A stretch of 58,486 nt of DNA from Pelomyxa schiedti. Taxonomy: Eukaryota; Protista; Evosea. This document shows, in pieces, positions 1 through 10,298 of the stretch (position 1 is the first letter of the stretch; each line of letters opens with the position of its first letter). The translations under genes were made by a program, and so were the position numbers. The notes under the pieces were generated by a model, which had not been told where the DNA came from, ran no database searches, and saw nothing but the letters and a program-made list of their open reading frames with translations. The stretch spans positions 1 through 58,486 of the forward strand of contig JAHLWZ010000451.1 in NCBI GenBank assembly GCA_020536535.1. The letters are read 5' to 3'.

Positions 1-684
1 GCCTACAATGATCCATCTTCATATCAGCCACCAAGTGCCGGCGAGGGTCAGGGTCACTGGTGTTCATTTCATCCTCCCTACACTTTTGACAGCAACCCCT
101 CACAATTTTGGATTGGTAAGACAAGAGGAAAGCGAGTTTGGAATCATATCATTCACTATTAATAGGGTTCAGTGATGAGGTTGTAACTGTCGCCTCCCAG
201 CCCGCGCGTATAAGATTGCCAGATAAGTTCACAGGAATGACTCTGGCTTATCTTCTTGATCATTATGGAATGTAGGTGCACAATTTGTATTCCCAAATTT
301 AACTCTATTTTTGGCCAGTAATCCGGCAGTGATACTAAGCCTTATTGCAATTGATTCCGGGGCCAGCTTGCAAAGTTCCTCTGACACAAATACTCTATTT
401 AAAGTAGGGAATGGAAACGGTCATTTTGATTGGTATCTGACATTTTATTGTACCGTACTGTATAACCTTCATTAGTACATGGCAGTGCCCGCGATCCAAT
501 GGGAAAGTAGTGAACTTAGACATCGACCAATTTTCCACACTAGCCTCGGTCCTGGCTATGAGAATCAAAATCAAAGGTTATTTTTTTTTTACCTCCAGAG
601 TACTCTGAGTGACTTGCGGATACAGGGGATACCCCAATTTATCTCAGTCACAATTTCTTTTCAAACACAAATGAACTTTCACAA
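1..684 (+). repeat. Near-identical direct copy of 56434-57105; partial gene copy with the reading frame intact at the 13-nt indel
   Basis: Base-by-base match to 56434-57105. I see 4 substitutions, a 13-nt extra segment here (ATTGCCAGATAAG, 215-227) and a 1-nt indel. Confidence 0.97.
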
Positions 685-784
685 NNNNNNNNNNNNNNNN
701 NNNNNNNNNNNNNNNNNNNNNNNNNNNNNNNNNNNNNNNNNNNNNNNNNNNNNNNNNNNNNNNNNNNNNNNNNNNNNNNNNNNN
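685..784. other. Scaffold gap (100 N)
   Basis: Run of 100 N; true size unknown. Confidence 1.
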
Positions 785-843
785 TGAGCCGAAAAAGACA
801 TCCATTAGGCGGAAAAAGGAATCCATTTGAGCGAAAAAAAATG
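785..843. repeat. Short degenerate ~21-nt tandem repeat next to the gap
   Basis: GAGCCGAAAAAGACATCCATT / AGGCGGAAAAAGGAATCCATT / TGAGCGAAAAAAAATG. Confidence 0.5.
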
Positions 844-1162
844 GTTGTGTTGATTTCATTTGGTTTTTCATTGGTTTGCCCGTTTTTTGACTGAAACGTC
901 CAATACAACTTCGAGAGCGTCGGAGTCGCGACTTTGGAGTCGGTGTTTTGGGCTTAGTCTTTTTGGGTGGTGGCCGTTTTGAATTTCAGCAATCGTCAGG
1001 AGCCCGGACGTAGTCCTTTGGCAGAGCTCCGCATCTTTCGTTCGTTTCCAATAGTTAAGAGAAAAACGATAGCTTTTTGTTCGAATTGGAATTTTCCTCC
1101 TCTAATCTAATTCGGCTTTTTTTTGTTCTTCAAGGCGAAATTGATCTGGTAGTGCCGCGGAA

Positions 1163-2294
1163 ATGAGAGACAAAGTGATCGACCCTCAGAACCTCAATTG
1201 GAGAAATGACCAGTCTCGCTTTGGCTACCAACTCATGTTGAAAATGGGTACCTGCTTTTTTCCCTATTTTGTCTTTTCTGTCTCACTTTTCCCTTTTTCT
1301 ATTTTTTTGGTTTTCAATAGGGTGGTCTGAAGGGAAAGGTCTAGGCAGTAAGGAGGATGGAACAAAGGAACACATAAAAGTGACCATGAAAACTGATTCA
1401 CGAGGCATTCTTTTTGTTGTGCCGTTAATTTCTCTAATAGGTTTTCCTTGCACAGGAGTAGGAGCAACTTTAAACAGTGACAAAAACTGGCTTGTTCACG
1501 ATGTAGCTTTCCAATCAGTACTGCAAAGGCTGAACTCTTCTCGTTCATCTACACCCCCACCATCACACTCACCCGCCAATATGGGCTTTTGTCCAGCTAG
1601 CTCCGAAACAACCTCCACTGACACTGAACCAACTACTACAACAACCACCACAACCACCACTACCACTACAACCACAACCTCAACCAACACACTAGGTAAC
1701 ACCCATCAAACTACCACAAAAGAGACACCCACAAACACACCCTCAGAGAACCCAACTCACACATCTTCACCTCAGAGAGCTACCTCTCCTGCACTCCAAT
1801 CAACATTACCGCATAAGCCCAAGAGAGTCGTGTGAGTTTTCCCCGCCCATATTTCTTAATTTTTTTTTTTAATTCCACCTTTCTAACCTGTCACCACATA
1901 AAAGGAATTACAAACTACTTCGGACAAAATGCGGAAGTCGTTCCACAGCTGACACCAACGGAGTTTTTGGGAAGAATGTGCAAAAATCCACTTCACCGGT
2001 TCTCGATGACTCTTCCTCACCAGATGATGAACCCGAGGTTTCCGAAAAAAAACAACAAATTTCCACTTACTTGAACACTAGACTCCCAACTCGGCTGTAA
2101 CATTCACAAGTACTCTTGATGTGCACTCATACTTCCGGCAAAAAAGAGAAAGCACGCACAACAAGGAAGCAGAACCCCAGCCAATCACCACACCTGAAGA
2201 ACAAGAACAAGAACACGAAAGTGGCTCCCACGCTCCTGAGCCCTGCCCAAAACGTTCCAGAGTATCACACGCACCCAAAATAGTGCGTTCCTGA
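1163..2294 (+). CDS. PINX1: G-patch protein PINX1/Gno1/Pxr1 (rRNA processing, telomerase inhibitor family), about 5 exons
   Basis: Spliced translation DPQNLNWRNDQSRFGYQLMLKMG|WSEGKGLGSKEDGTKEHIKV...GVGATLNSDKNWLVHDVAFQSVLQRLN matches the PINX1 N-terminus and G-patch. The later RSTADTNGVFGK and LDVHSYFRQKR match conserved PINX1 blocks. Confidence 0.9.
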
Positions 2295-2472
2295 ATTATG
2301 GGCCGCGTACTGTACAGTGGCCCAGGACCCAGCTGTGTGAACCCAACACAAAAAGCCTCTCCCACCAACACACCAAACTTAAGATCCCGGCGACTTCACC
2401 GAACAATGCAAAACGTGAACAAAGTTTGATTCGTCGGTTACTTTGAAATCTGATTGCATCGATAGGGCGAGG

Positions 2473-4042
2473 ATGGCGTCCGAGACCAAGAGCATGTTCG
2501 ACCGCGTAGTTGCTATGATCGAGGACGCGACAGCAGTACCGAGGCAAGACGACTACGACAAGGACAGGGTCGTCGTGCGCGACGACCTCCTCGTCGCCGT
2601 CAACGCCGCGGTGCGCGCAGTCGCCGGCGTAGTGGCCTCGGTCTCCAGCGCCCTCCTAGGCCCGCCCGCCGAGGTCCCGGCGGCGGCGCCGCTGTCCCAC
2701 AATCCCCGGGGCGCCCGCGGCCGCCGTGCCCGCCACGGCGTAGCCCCCGACCACCGTAAGCCTCGGCATGAGCACCATCATCATCACCACCACCACCATG
2801 ACGATCACCAGAACAAACCCCCTCAGCTCCATGAACACCGCAGGGAGGCTCCTCGCACTCGCGCCCACGCTCACGACCACCGGCGTGCCGATGGCAGGCC
2901 CCCGCCGCAGCCTCATGCTTGTCATACACGCGGCTCGCGGGGGGTCCCCCCGGCCCCGCATGCCGATCCCCGCCTCCGCCGCCGCCGCCTCCATCACCAC
3001 CGCCACCACAGAGATCCAGAGCAGCTTCCCCGCCACCGCCACAGCAACCGGAAGGAGCACAAGCACGAGGTGGAGGAGCAACTGCACGAGGGATTCGGCG
3101 GGAGCGAGGGGGGCCACGACGAAGAGTCGGAGGAGAGGGAGAGGGAGAGGGAGGGGGTGGAGGGCCAAGTGGAACCAGAGGCTCAATTTGACGCCGAGGT
3201 TGAGGCAGAGCCCGAGGCCGAGGTTGAGGTTGAGGCTGAGGCTGAAGCCGAGGCGGAGAAGCCAAAGGATGATGAGAGAAAGGAAGGGTCTGGTATGTTA
3301 TTGATTCTCGCTCCATTATCACATATATATCGGCTTCACCGAAATTCAAAATCAAACACAGAAGAAGGAAAGCCTCACCACCATCATGCGGCAGCTCCTC
3401 ACAGACGTCGATACGTCGCAACATCCTCGCATTCGGCCGCTGCTGCTCCTAAAGATTCCATTAGTAAGGAACCGGCTTCTGACGGAACTATTGGATGTTC
3501 GAAGTCTGAGAAGAATGTGGGTGCGTCAGCAGCTGCAGTTACCTCCGCAACCGCCACTACCGCAATGATTGAAAATTCCAAGGAAGGAAACAAAAGTCCC
3601 AAGGTTTCTACCCTATTTCTTTTCTTGCTCACATATGGACAAGGGAAAGAAGAAGCCCTCTCACTTCGTGCACCCACATAAGCCGCTTCCTCCCAGAACT
3701 CCTCAGAGTGCGCCTCCGTCCCAGCGGCTTCGTCGCCACAAAAAGAGGAAAGAACCCATCAAAATGAAGCCTCTGGAGCCAGCAGCCCCTTCCACTTTGC
3801 CTCCCCCGTACTCAACTGAACCACCGGCCACTGCTTCCAATGGTTCACCAGCACAAGGAACACCGGCAGTGATTTCTTCCACAACAACCTCCCCTACTGA
3901 TACTGCTGTTCTCAGCCCGGCACCAGGCATTCCCGATTCTACAGTTAATGTTGAACCCAAGGAAACAACAGACCCACACCATCCAGATGGAACAAATCAT
4001 GAACCACAGGGAGATGGCAGTGAAATCAACCTACACATGTGA
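2473..4042 (+). CDS. Hypothetical low-complexity protein (His/Arg-rich, then Glu-rich, then Pro/Ser/Thr-rich with a PPPY motif)
   Basis: Long GC-rich ORF from ATG 2473. Two plausible GT-AG introns (about 3293 and 3604) join it to the ORF ending at 4042. No recognisable domain. Confidence 0.6.
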
Positions 4043-4125
4043 TCCTCTTTTCACAAACGTGTTACCATAAAAAAAAACAAATTGTTTATTTTGGCTGTCT
4101 TCTCTTCAAAGAGGAGAATAATGTC

Positions 4126-5911
4126 CTAGGCACCAGTGTCAGATCTCTTTGCAGAACGCAAATACTGTACTCTTTGATTATCATACGTCCCTGGAACTGT
4201 TGATGGGGGTGCTAGGATGGTGTGTATGTGGGTGCACTCAGAAAGTACAACATCAACAGCAGAAGTTGTGAGACTGGAGCACAGCGAAATGTCAATTTTG
4301 TAGAGGTTGGGCATAGAATGCGCTATGGAGGCAATTCCAGCATCAGTGATAGAGTTGCATCCCTACAGTGAGGTTAATAACAGGGGTGGGAGTTGGTACT
4401 GACCTGTAAAGCAAGGTGGTGCAGTTTTGTGCACAGACTAATAGCATCACAACCGGCAGTGGTGACTGTGGTTTTGTCAAAGTGGAATTTGTTCACACTT
4501 ACACACTGTTATAGCAATTAGTGAAATCTAGCAGCTTGAGGGTGTGAGCCATATTGGGGAGAAAGGTGTGTAGATCTTCATCTGTAACGAGAAGTTGAGC
4601 AATGACAAGAGATTTCAAGGAAGAGCACTTCGCCAGAGTGGCTCCTAACTTATGACATGGTTAGAACTCATTTCGGCAAGAGAAAAGAAAAAAAAATCAC
4701 AAACGTTGAAAGTTGGATCTAGTTCATTCTTGGAGAGGTCAAGGTGAGTTAAATTAGGGAGGAACTGTGCATCGATTATTGGGAGGAGCCTTGTATGAAG
4801 GTTGGGTGCATCAAGGGCTATGCTTGTTAAGTGGAAGGAAAATATAAATAGTATACATGTGAGGTTATGAGAGTTGACCAGGAATTTCTGTAGCAAGTGA
4901 CTTGGAAAAAATGCAAAAGGGTGTCCAAGAGATAGGTCGCGCAGTTCAGTGAATTTTTCAAGCTCAGTGACAACATCTTCACTGCATTATGCAAATAAAT
5001 GTCAGCCCTTTGAAAGGGATTTTGTAAGGTCAACCAACTTTGTCCTGGTGAGATCTAATGCAAGATGTTGAAGAGTCTTGGCGCAAGGTAAGTTTCGGAA
5101 AAATACTGCCCACAACGATCCAGGGATTCTATATGATCCCAAAAGTGAAAGACTTTCTAGAGATTGGAGATTTTGGGCAACAGTTTCGAGGGCTGAGAAA
5201 TGTGAGCAATGCGGAGTAGGGGGAGGAAAAATACTATTGGCTTTCCATGAATGTTGGAAGTGAGTCAAACGAAAAGAGGGGATTGTATTGAGATGAGGGG
5301 CCAATGTCTCCAGTATCTCATCACTACAATATGAAACACCATCAAAAGTTATTTCACGTAGAGTTGCCATTCTTTGAGTCAAAAAGGAAATAACTTTATC
5401 AGGTTTCACTCCCTCAGCCTGAGCCTTCCTTACATGTAATGAGTGAATAATACAAGAAACAAGCGGAACCAATAAGAAGTAACCTACGATCCATGCCTCC
5501 TGGTGAAAGAGATCCTCTCCAAATTGGGACACGCAGAAGGGTCCTCCAGAAAGTGAGCCCAGACCACAACCTCAAGCCACTTCATGTGCCCAGAAACTCT
5601 CCTAAACAATTCCTACCCAGCCAAAAAGGCCGGCGCCGTAATTAGGCACTTGGCACTCCAAAGGGGACAGAGCGAGAAAAAAGCCGACCGACCTGAGTCT
5701 CTGCGTTGGCATAGCCGGCCTTGTAAGGCAGCACGGTGCGGGCCCACAGCGCGCCGCACGCTTCGAACGCGACCCTCATTGCTCGGCACGCAGCACTGCA
5801 CACCCACACTCGCGCCCAGTCCCTGCCCCCTGTGGCAGTACCTACGCCATGCAAAATAAGCCCACACAGCGACGCTTCCCCAAACACCAGCACCTCGGCT
5901 GTTGTGCTCAT
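4126..5911 (-). CDS. F-box/LRR-type protein (Cys-containing LRRs, FBXL/AMN1-like), multi-exon
   Basis: LRRs such as LQSLESLSLLGSYRI, LPNLTHLDLSKN and MPNLYKIDISLCSSLT. The N-terminus has a degenerate F-box-like CSAACRAMR...LW. Confidence 0.75.
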
Positions 5912-5957
5912 CTTCGTGGGGGAAAAAAATATGGATTCTTTTTGAAAGGTGTCAGAA

Positions 5958-8900
5958 TTAGGGAGTGAGAGAGATGGTCACACGGCCGTGACCCCCATTG
6001 ACACCTGGCCTGTTGTCCGGCTGCCCTCCCGCATTGAAGGAACTGCCCCCAGTGCTGGGCGCCAGGCTGTAGCCACCTCCTCCCCCCAGACAAGACTGCC
6101 GGGAACCACACCCACCCCCACCAAACCCCCCAAAGTTCCCATCACTACAGCCACCAAATCCACCCTGGTTAGCATCCCAACCAACGGTTCCTCTTTCTCC
6201 ATTGCCCCCATGCAAAAACGCACGCCACTGAACCCATCACTGCCGGAAGTGACACCATTCCCAGGGGAACCGCACACATTAGTAGTACTCTCGCCACCGC
6301 CACCCCCACCACCGGCCACAATCAGGCATTTGGCTTTTGGGAAATCTGGCCCCAAGGTAATGAATGTGCCTCCACCACCACCACTCTTTAGCCCAGTCCC
6401 ACTGCCCCCACAGTGCCCAACCAGGATATGCAGAATGTCACCACACTTCATACTGAAAGTGCCACAGATTACTGCACCTAAACCACCCCGCCCACCCCCT
6501 CCTTGTGCTCCACGTGCCTCTATTCTCCAATTCCCAGATGAAGGCACTTTCCACTGCTGAATGCCAGCAATAGATGTAACTTTCATGGATGGTCCATATG
6601 TCTGGTCACATTGTTGCTGAGCAGGTCCATTTGGGCCTGTGGCTCCACAGTTTGTAAAAGTGAAAATGCCACGGCCACGTTCTTCTATGTTAAGAACACG
6701 CAGTTCCTCCCTCGCTGCAGTGAGCTGGTTTTTGGCTGTTATTCGTATTAGAAGTACCAGGTAGATTAGTTGGGAATGTACCAATCAAATAGGCTTGTTT
6801 GTTTTTTTTTGCCTCCACCTGTGTGGCCTGAAGTTGTTTCTGCACTAGATAATTTGAGAGGTGGAAACTTATGAAGAAGGCTGAATATTACCAGCTAAAC
6901 ACTCTTGTTTGTTTTTATTTGCTTCGTCCTGTGCTGCCTGAAGGTGAGATGTAAATTTGAGGAAGGGTACAGAGGTACCAACTAAATAATTTTGTTGAAC
7001 TTGGTTGAGTGTAGTAGTAATCCCGTCAATTTTATCTTGAGCATCCTTTTTTATTTTGGTGATCTCGGCTACGAATTCTTGTGTCAGAGGCGGCAGTAAT
7101 GCATCAGAAGTGTTTTCCTTGTAGGGTGTTCTTTTCTCAGAGACAACAGTCTCGATCTGTGGTGCTAATAGAAGCATATTGCATATAAAAGTTTTCCTTA
7201 TTTGAAATTATGTTTCGCTTTTGTGTGGAATGTCATACAAGGAAGGATTGTCAGTTGGTGACTGGGGACTAACATCTCGTATCTCTAAAAGTAATCTCTC
7301 ACACTTGGCAATCAATGTATCGATATTATTCAACATGCCACAGCAGGAATTTAGGTCCTCATACAGAGCCAATGCCGTATCTGTGTGGTGATTCATATAG
7401 GCTGAAAGTGCCAATTGTGACTTTTTTCTACACTGCTGTAGATAGAGAGTTGTAGCAGTGTTATATTCCTCCATGACTGAGTGAACATTCTGAACCAGCA
7501 TTGTCCAGGAGTTTAAGTGGGAATCATTTGTTGCTTGAACTTCACGTTTTTTTTCCTTCAGTTGGTTCAGTAGTTCTGGAAATGGGTTAGGGTTAGGGTT
7601 AAATGGAGGAGCCTATGGCGGGAGCCTTACTCTTTAGCTGCTCAATACCGGTCTCAAATGACATAGCCAGAGTGGTAGTTGGATGCCCCCGGTGCTCTCC
7701 AACTACTGCACAGTCGGCACATATCAGGGTGTGACAGCTGCTACAGACCAATGAATAAGGCCGCCCGGCATGTGCAGTACAGTACTGCATAGAATTTGAG
7801 ATTAACAGGCAGTCGGGGGTTGTTATGAGAGTCTCTTGGTGCTTGCGTTCGGTGTCTGTGTAAGTCTTAGGAACTGGTATACGGTGCATAAATCCATGTT
7901 CAGACAAGATGGTATGCAGTAGTGGGGCGCTAAGTTCGCTACGAGTACTCAGGGAGAGAGGAAATGCAACAGAAGGTAAACTAGGGAGTTTGATTTCAAG
8001 TTGTGTGCCAATCACAGTCTCGATTAGTCTCTGGTTCATGAGTTGAATTTAGAGGCAAAAGAGGTGACGTACTTGAAGTCGCCCAGAAAAACTCTTGAAC
8101 AAAAAGAGAAGACTGCAGTCATCCAGTAACTCAAGACTGGTGCTACAAATCTTACTCCCAGAGAGCACTGCCGATGAAAGCAACTCAAGAAATGTCTGGT
8201 GTTTTGCTAGATGTTGTTCTGTGCCATAATGATGAGATTTGTTTTGAAAAGTTTATGGGTTCTCCACCTTGACGAGCGAATTCCTCTGATAGTGAGGCAG
8301 CCAAAGATGACTGTCTTTCTTCCAGTAGGTTCGATAATGTGGAAAATTCCGTCTTTATCAATTTTTGTACTGCGTCATGATTCTGTGACTGTATTAATGT
8401 GCAGTAGCTAATGTTCAGAAGTATACAGCAAGTAGGGTTCTTTGTTGTTCATTCACAAGGTGGATCGCTGCTGAAATGCGTGGAAGATTGACAGTAAGTG
8501 TCTTTATCAGAGATGTGAGACTGGAACGCATTTGAGAAGATGCTATTTTCACAGGTTGAAGGGGGTGCTCTCGATGTAATATGGAACACTGAAGGCATAA
8601 TGCCTTTAAAGGCAAAGGCCCGCTCATTATGGTGTGGTAAAACAAATTAGAAGAAGACCTTCTCGTCAAGGCAACAAAAGAAAACTGGTGTATCATCACT
8701 GCACTCCACACATTTCACAAAAGATGTGAGTCTATGGACTGAGTATCAGTAAGACTGGGCTCCGTAACTGAGAGATTTACATGGACTAGAGAGCCACTCT
8801 GAGATGGGCATGTACTTGTGGGAACGAGTGCGTTGTGTCCTGTGATATAATTTTAGACATCCAGGGCACTGAAGGTGCACATCACAAGTCGGGCAATAAA

Positions 8901-9464
8901 TGGTCGCCAGTTCAGGTTCGTGCGAATCATCCTCTGACGTAGTCCTTAATACTTCCAAATGTACAAGATACGTACCGCAGTTTGGTATCTGTGTATCATT
9001 CGATACATTTCCAGACTTCAAAGACGCAATTTTTACAATGAGGCTCGGAGGGAGTGCTGACACCTTGCAGCCAATTGACTCTTTGCATACCGGGCACCTG
9101 ATGTATTCGGTTTCACCTGGTACGGTGGCGGCTTCTTCTGCAACCAAAGAATCCACCACGGTCGTGGGTGCACTGCCACTTGGCGACGTGACAGGGGGAC
9201 AACTGGCTGCCGCAGTGATTGTCTTCGCTATTGGCGGGGTGCACACAGTGGCCCCTGGGCTTGAACCAGTTGCACTGAGCAAATGCGGAGATTGCATTGT
9301 CTCTAGCTTCACCAAACACTCGAAGTCGAAGGTGTGGAGGCATGGCAACAATCTGGATCAGTAAACAGGAAAACTTAAAAAAAATCGATCAACCGTGGAT
9401 CCGTGAAGGGACAACAACAAAGGGAGCAGTTGAGGTCGAACGACGTCGGGGGCGGCGAAGTCAT
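5958..9464 (-). CDS. TRIM-like E3 ligase: RING, B-boxes, coiled coil, B-box, coiled coil, ALK/LTK-type glycine-rich domain
   Basis: RING: CSLCCCPFTDPR|LLPCLHTFDFEC...CPVC. B-boxes: YCPTC..CPGCLKLYH...RSH and CTAH..LVCSSCHTLICADCAVVGEHRGH. C-terminus: FTFTNCGATGPNGP..GIQQWKVPSSGNWRIEARGAQGG..GGGGGTF..LIVAGGGGG. Exons join in frame across 8040-8430. Confidence 0.8.
7584..7601. repeat. (GGGTTA)3 telomere-like hexamers inside an intron
   Basis: GGGTTAGGGTTAGGGTTA. Confidence 0.6.
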
Positions 9465-9685
9465 TGGTTTTTCCACAATTTCGCCACCGATCACTCTTCC
9501 AATTTGGCACTGGTACCAGTAACCACCATCACTGGAACCCAATGAGTTTAATACCGAAAAGTTAATCATGATGAGATAGTGCACTGAGGGGAGGGAGTTC
9601 TAGAACCCAGCTGCTGACTCACCACTTTTCCGATCATTGATAAACCGTGAACACACCCAAAAATTACACAACATCAAAAAGAACA

Positions 9686-10198
9686 ATGAGAGGACAGAAG
9701 CCAGTGTCTGAAGCGTACAAGGAACGCCGCTGCGTGGTATTCCTTCTCCGTGCCAGCTACCTTGTTGGTTTCCTCTTCGACGCCCTCGCCGGCTACCGCC
9801 TCTCCATCCCCGTCTACAAAAGCGCCATGCCCATATTCCGAGCTCTGTGGCACCACACATTATCCCCGAAAGGCATCTCACTTTCTTCTCTGATATCTAC
9901 GTTTACCACCGCCGCCATGCCGTGGACACCAAAGGACTCTACAGCGACGACTGCGGCGGCTATGATGTGGGGGTGGACGTTCCTGTTGCTGTGGGGATGT
10001 ATGAGGCCCATTCAGAGAAGGGGGGTTCTGTGGCTGACTCTGGTGCCTGTGCTTGTCGGCCTCAGCGTGTCTCTGGTGTGTGAGCTGTCAGCGAGCGGCC
10101 TCACGTCCAACGCTTGGCTTGGAATCGTCATAAGGCTCATTATAGTACCCCTATTTGGGTCTGCTTTGTGGCTCTCGAGGGGCTTGTCTGTGGACTGA
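9686..10198 (+). CDS. Small intronless multi-pass membrane protein of unknown function
   Basis: 170-aa ORF with about 4 hydrophobic segments. Motifs LLRASYLVGFLFDAL and MMWGWTFLLLWGCMRPIQRRGVLWLTLVPVLVGL. Confidence 0.75.
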   Translation: MRGQKPVSEAYKERRCVVFLLRASYLVGFLFDALAGYRLSIPVYKSAMPIFRALWHHTLSPKGISLSSLISTFTTAAMPWTPKDSTATTAAAMMWGWTFLLLWGCMRPIQRRGVLWLTLVPVLVGLSVSLVCELSASGLTSNAWLGIVIRLIIVPLFGSALWLSRGLSVD

Positions 10199-10298
10199 GA
10201 AAAATGATTTATTGATCTTGTTTTTCCTCACCTTTCTCCTTCGGCGATTTGCAGACCAACGAAAAACCCGGAAATAAAACAGAAAAAACCAAAGGCGG

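Noticed and set aside
785-843. CRISPR-like repeats
   Set aside because: The units are adjacent and degenerate, with no unique spacers and no cas genes, in a eukaryotic context.
2600-3424. Long antisense and alternate-frame ORFs in GC-rich regions (also near 10151-10820, 19585-20077, 39996-40573 and 53845-54277)
   Set aside because: They are shadows of GC-rich first or last exons that lack stop codons, and they carry no motifs of their own.
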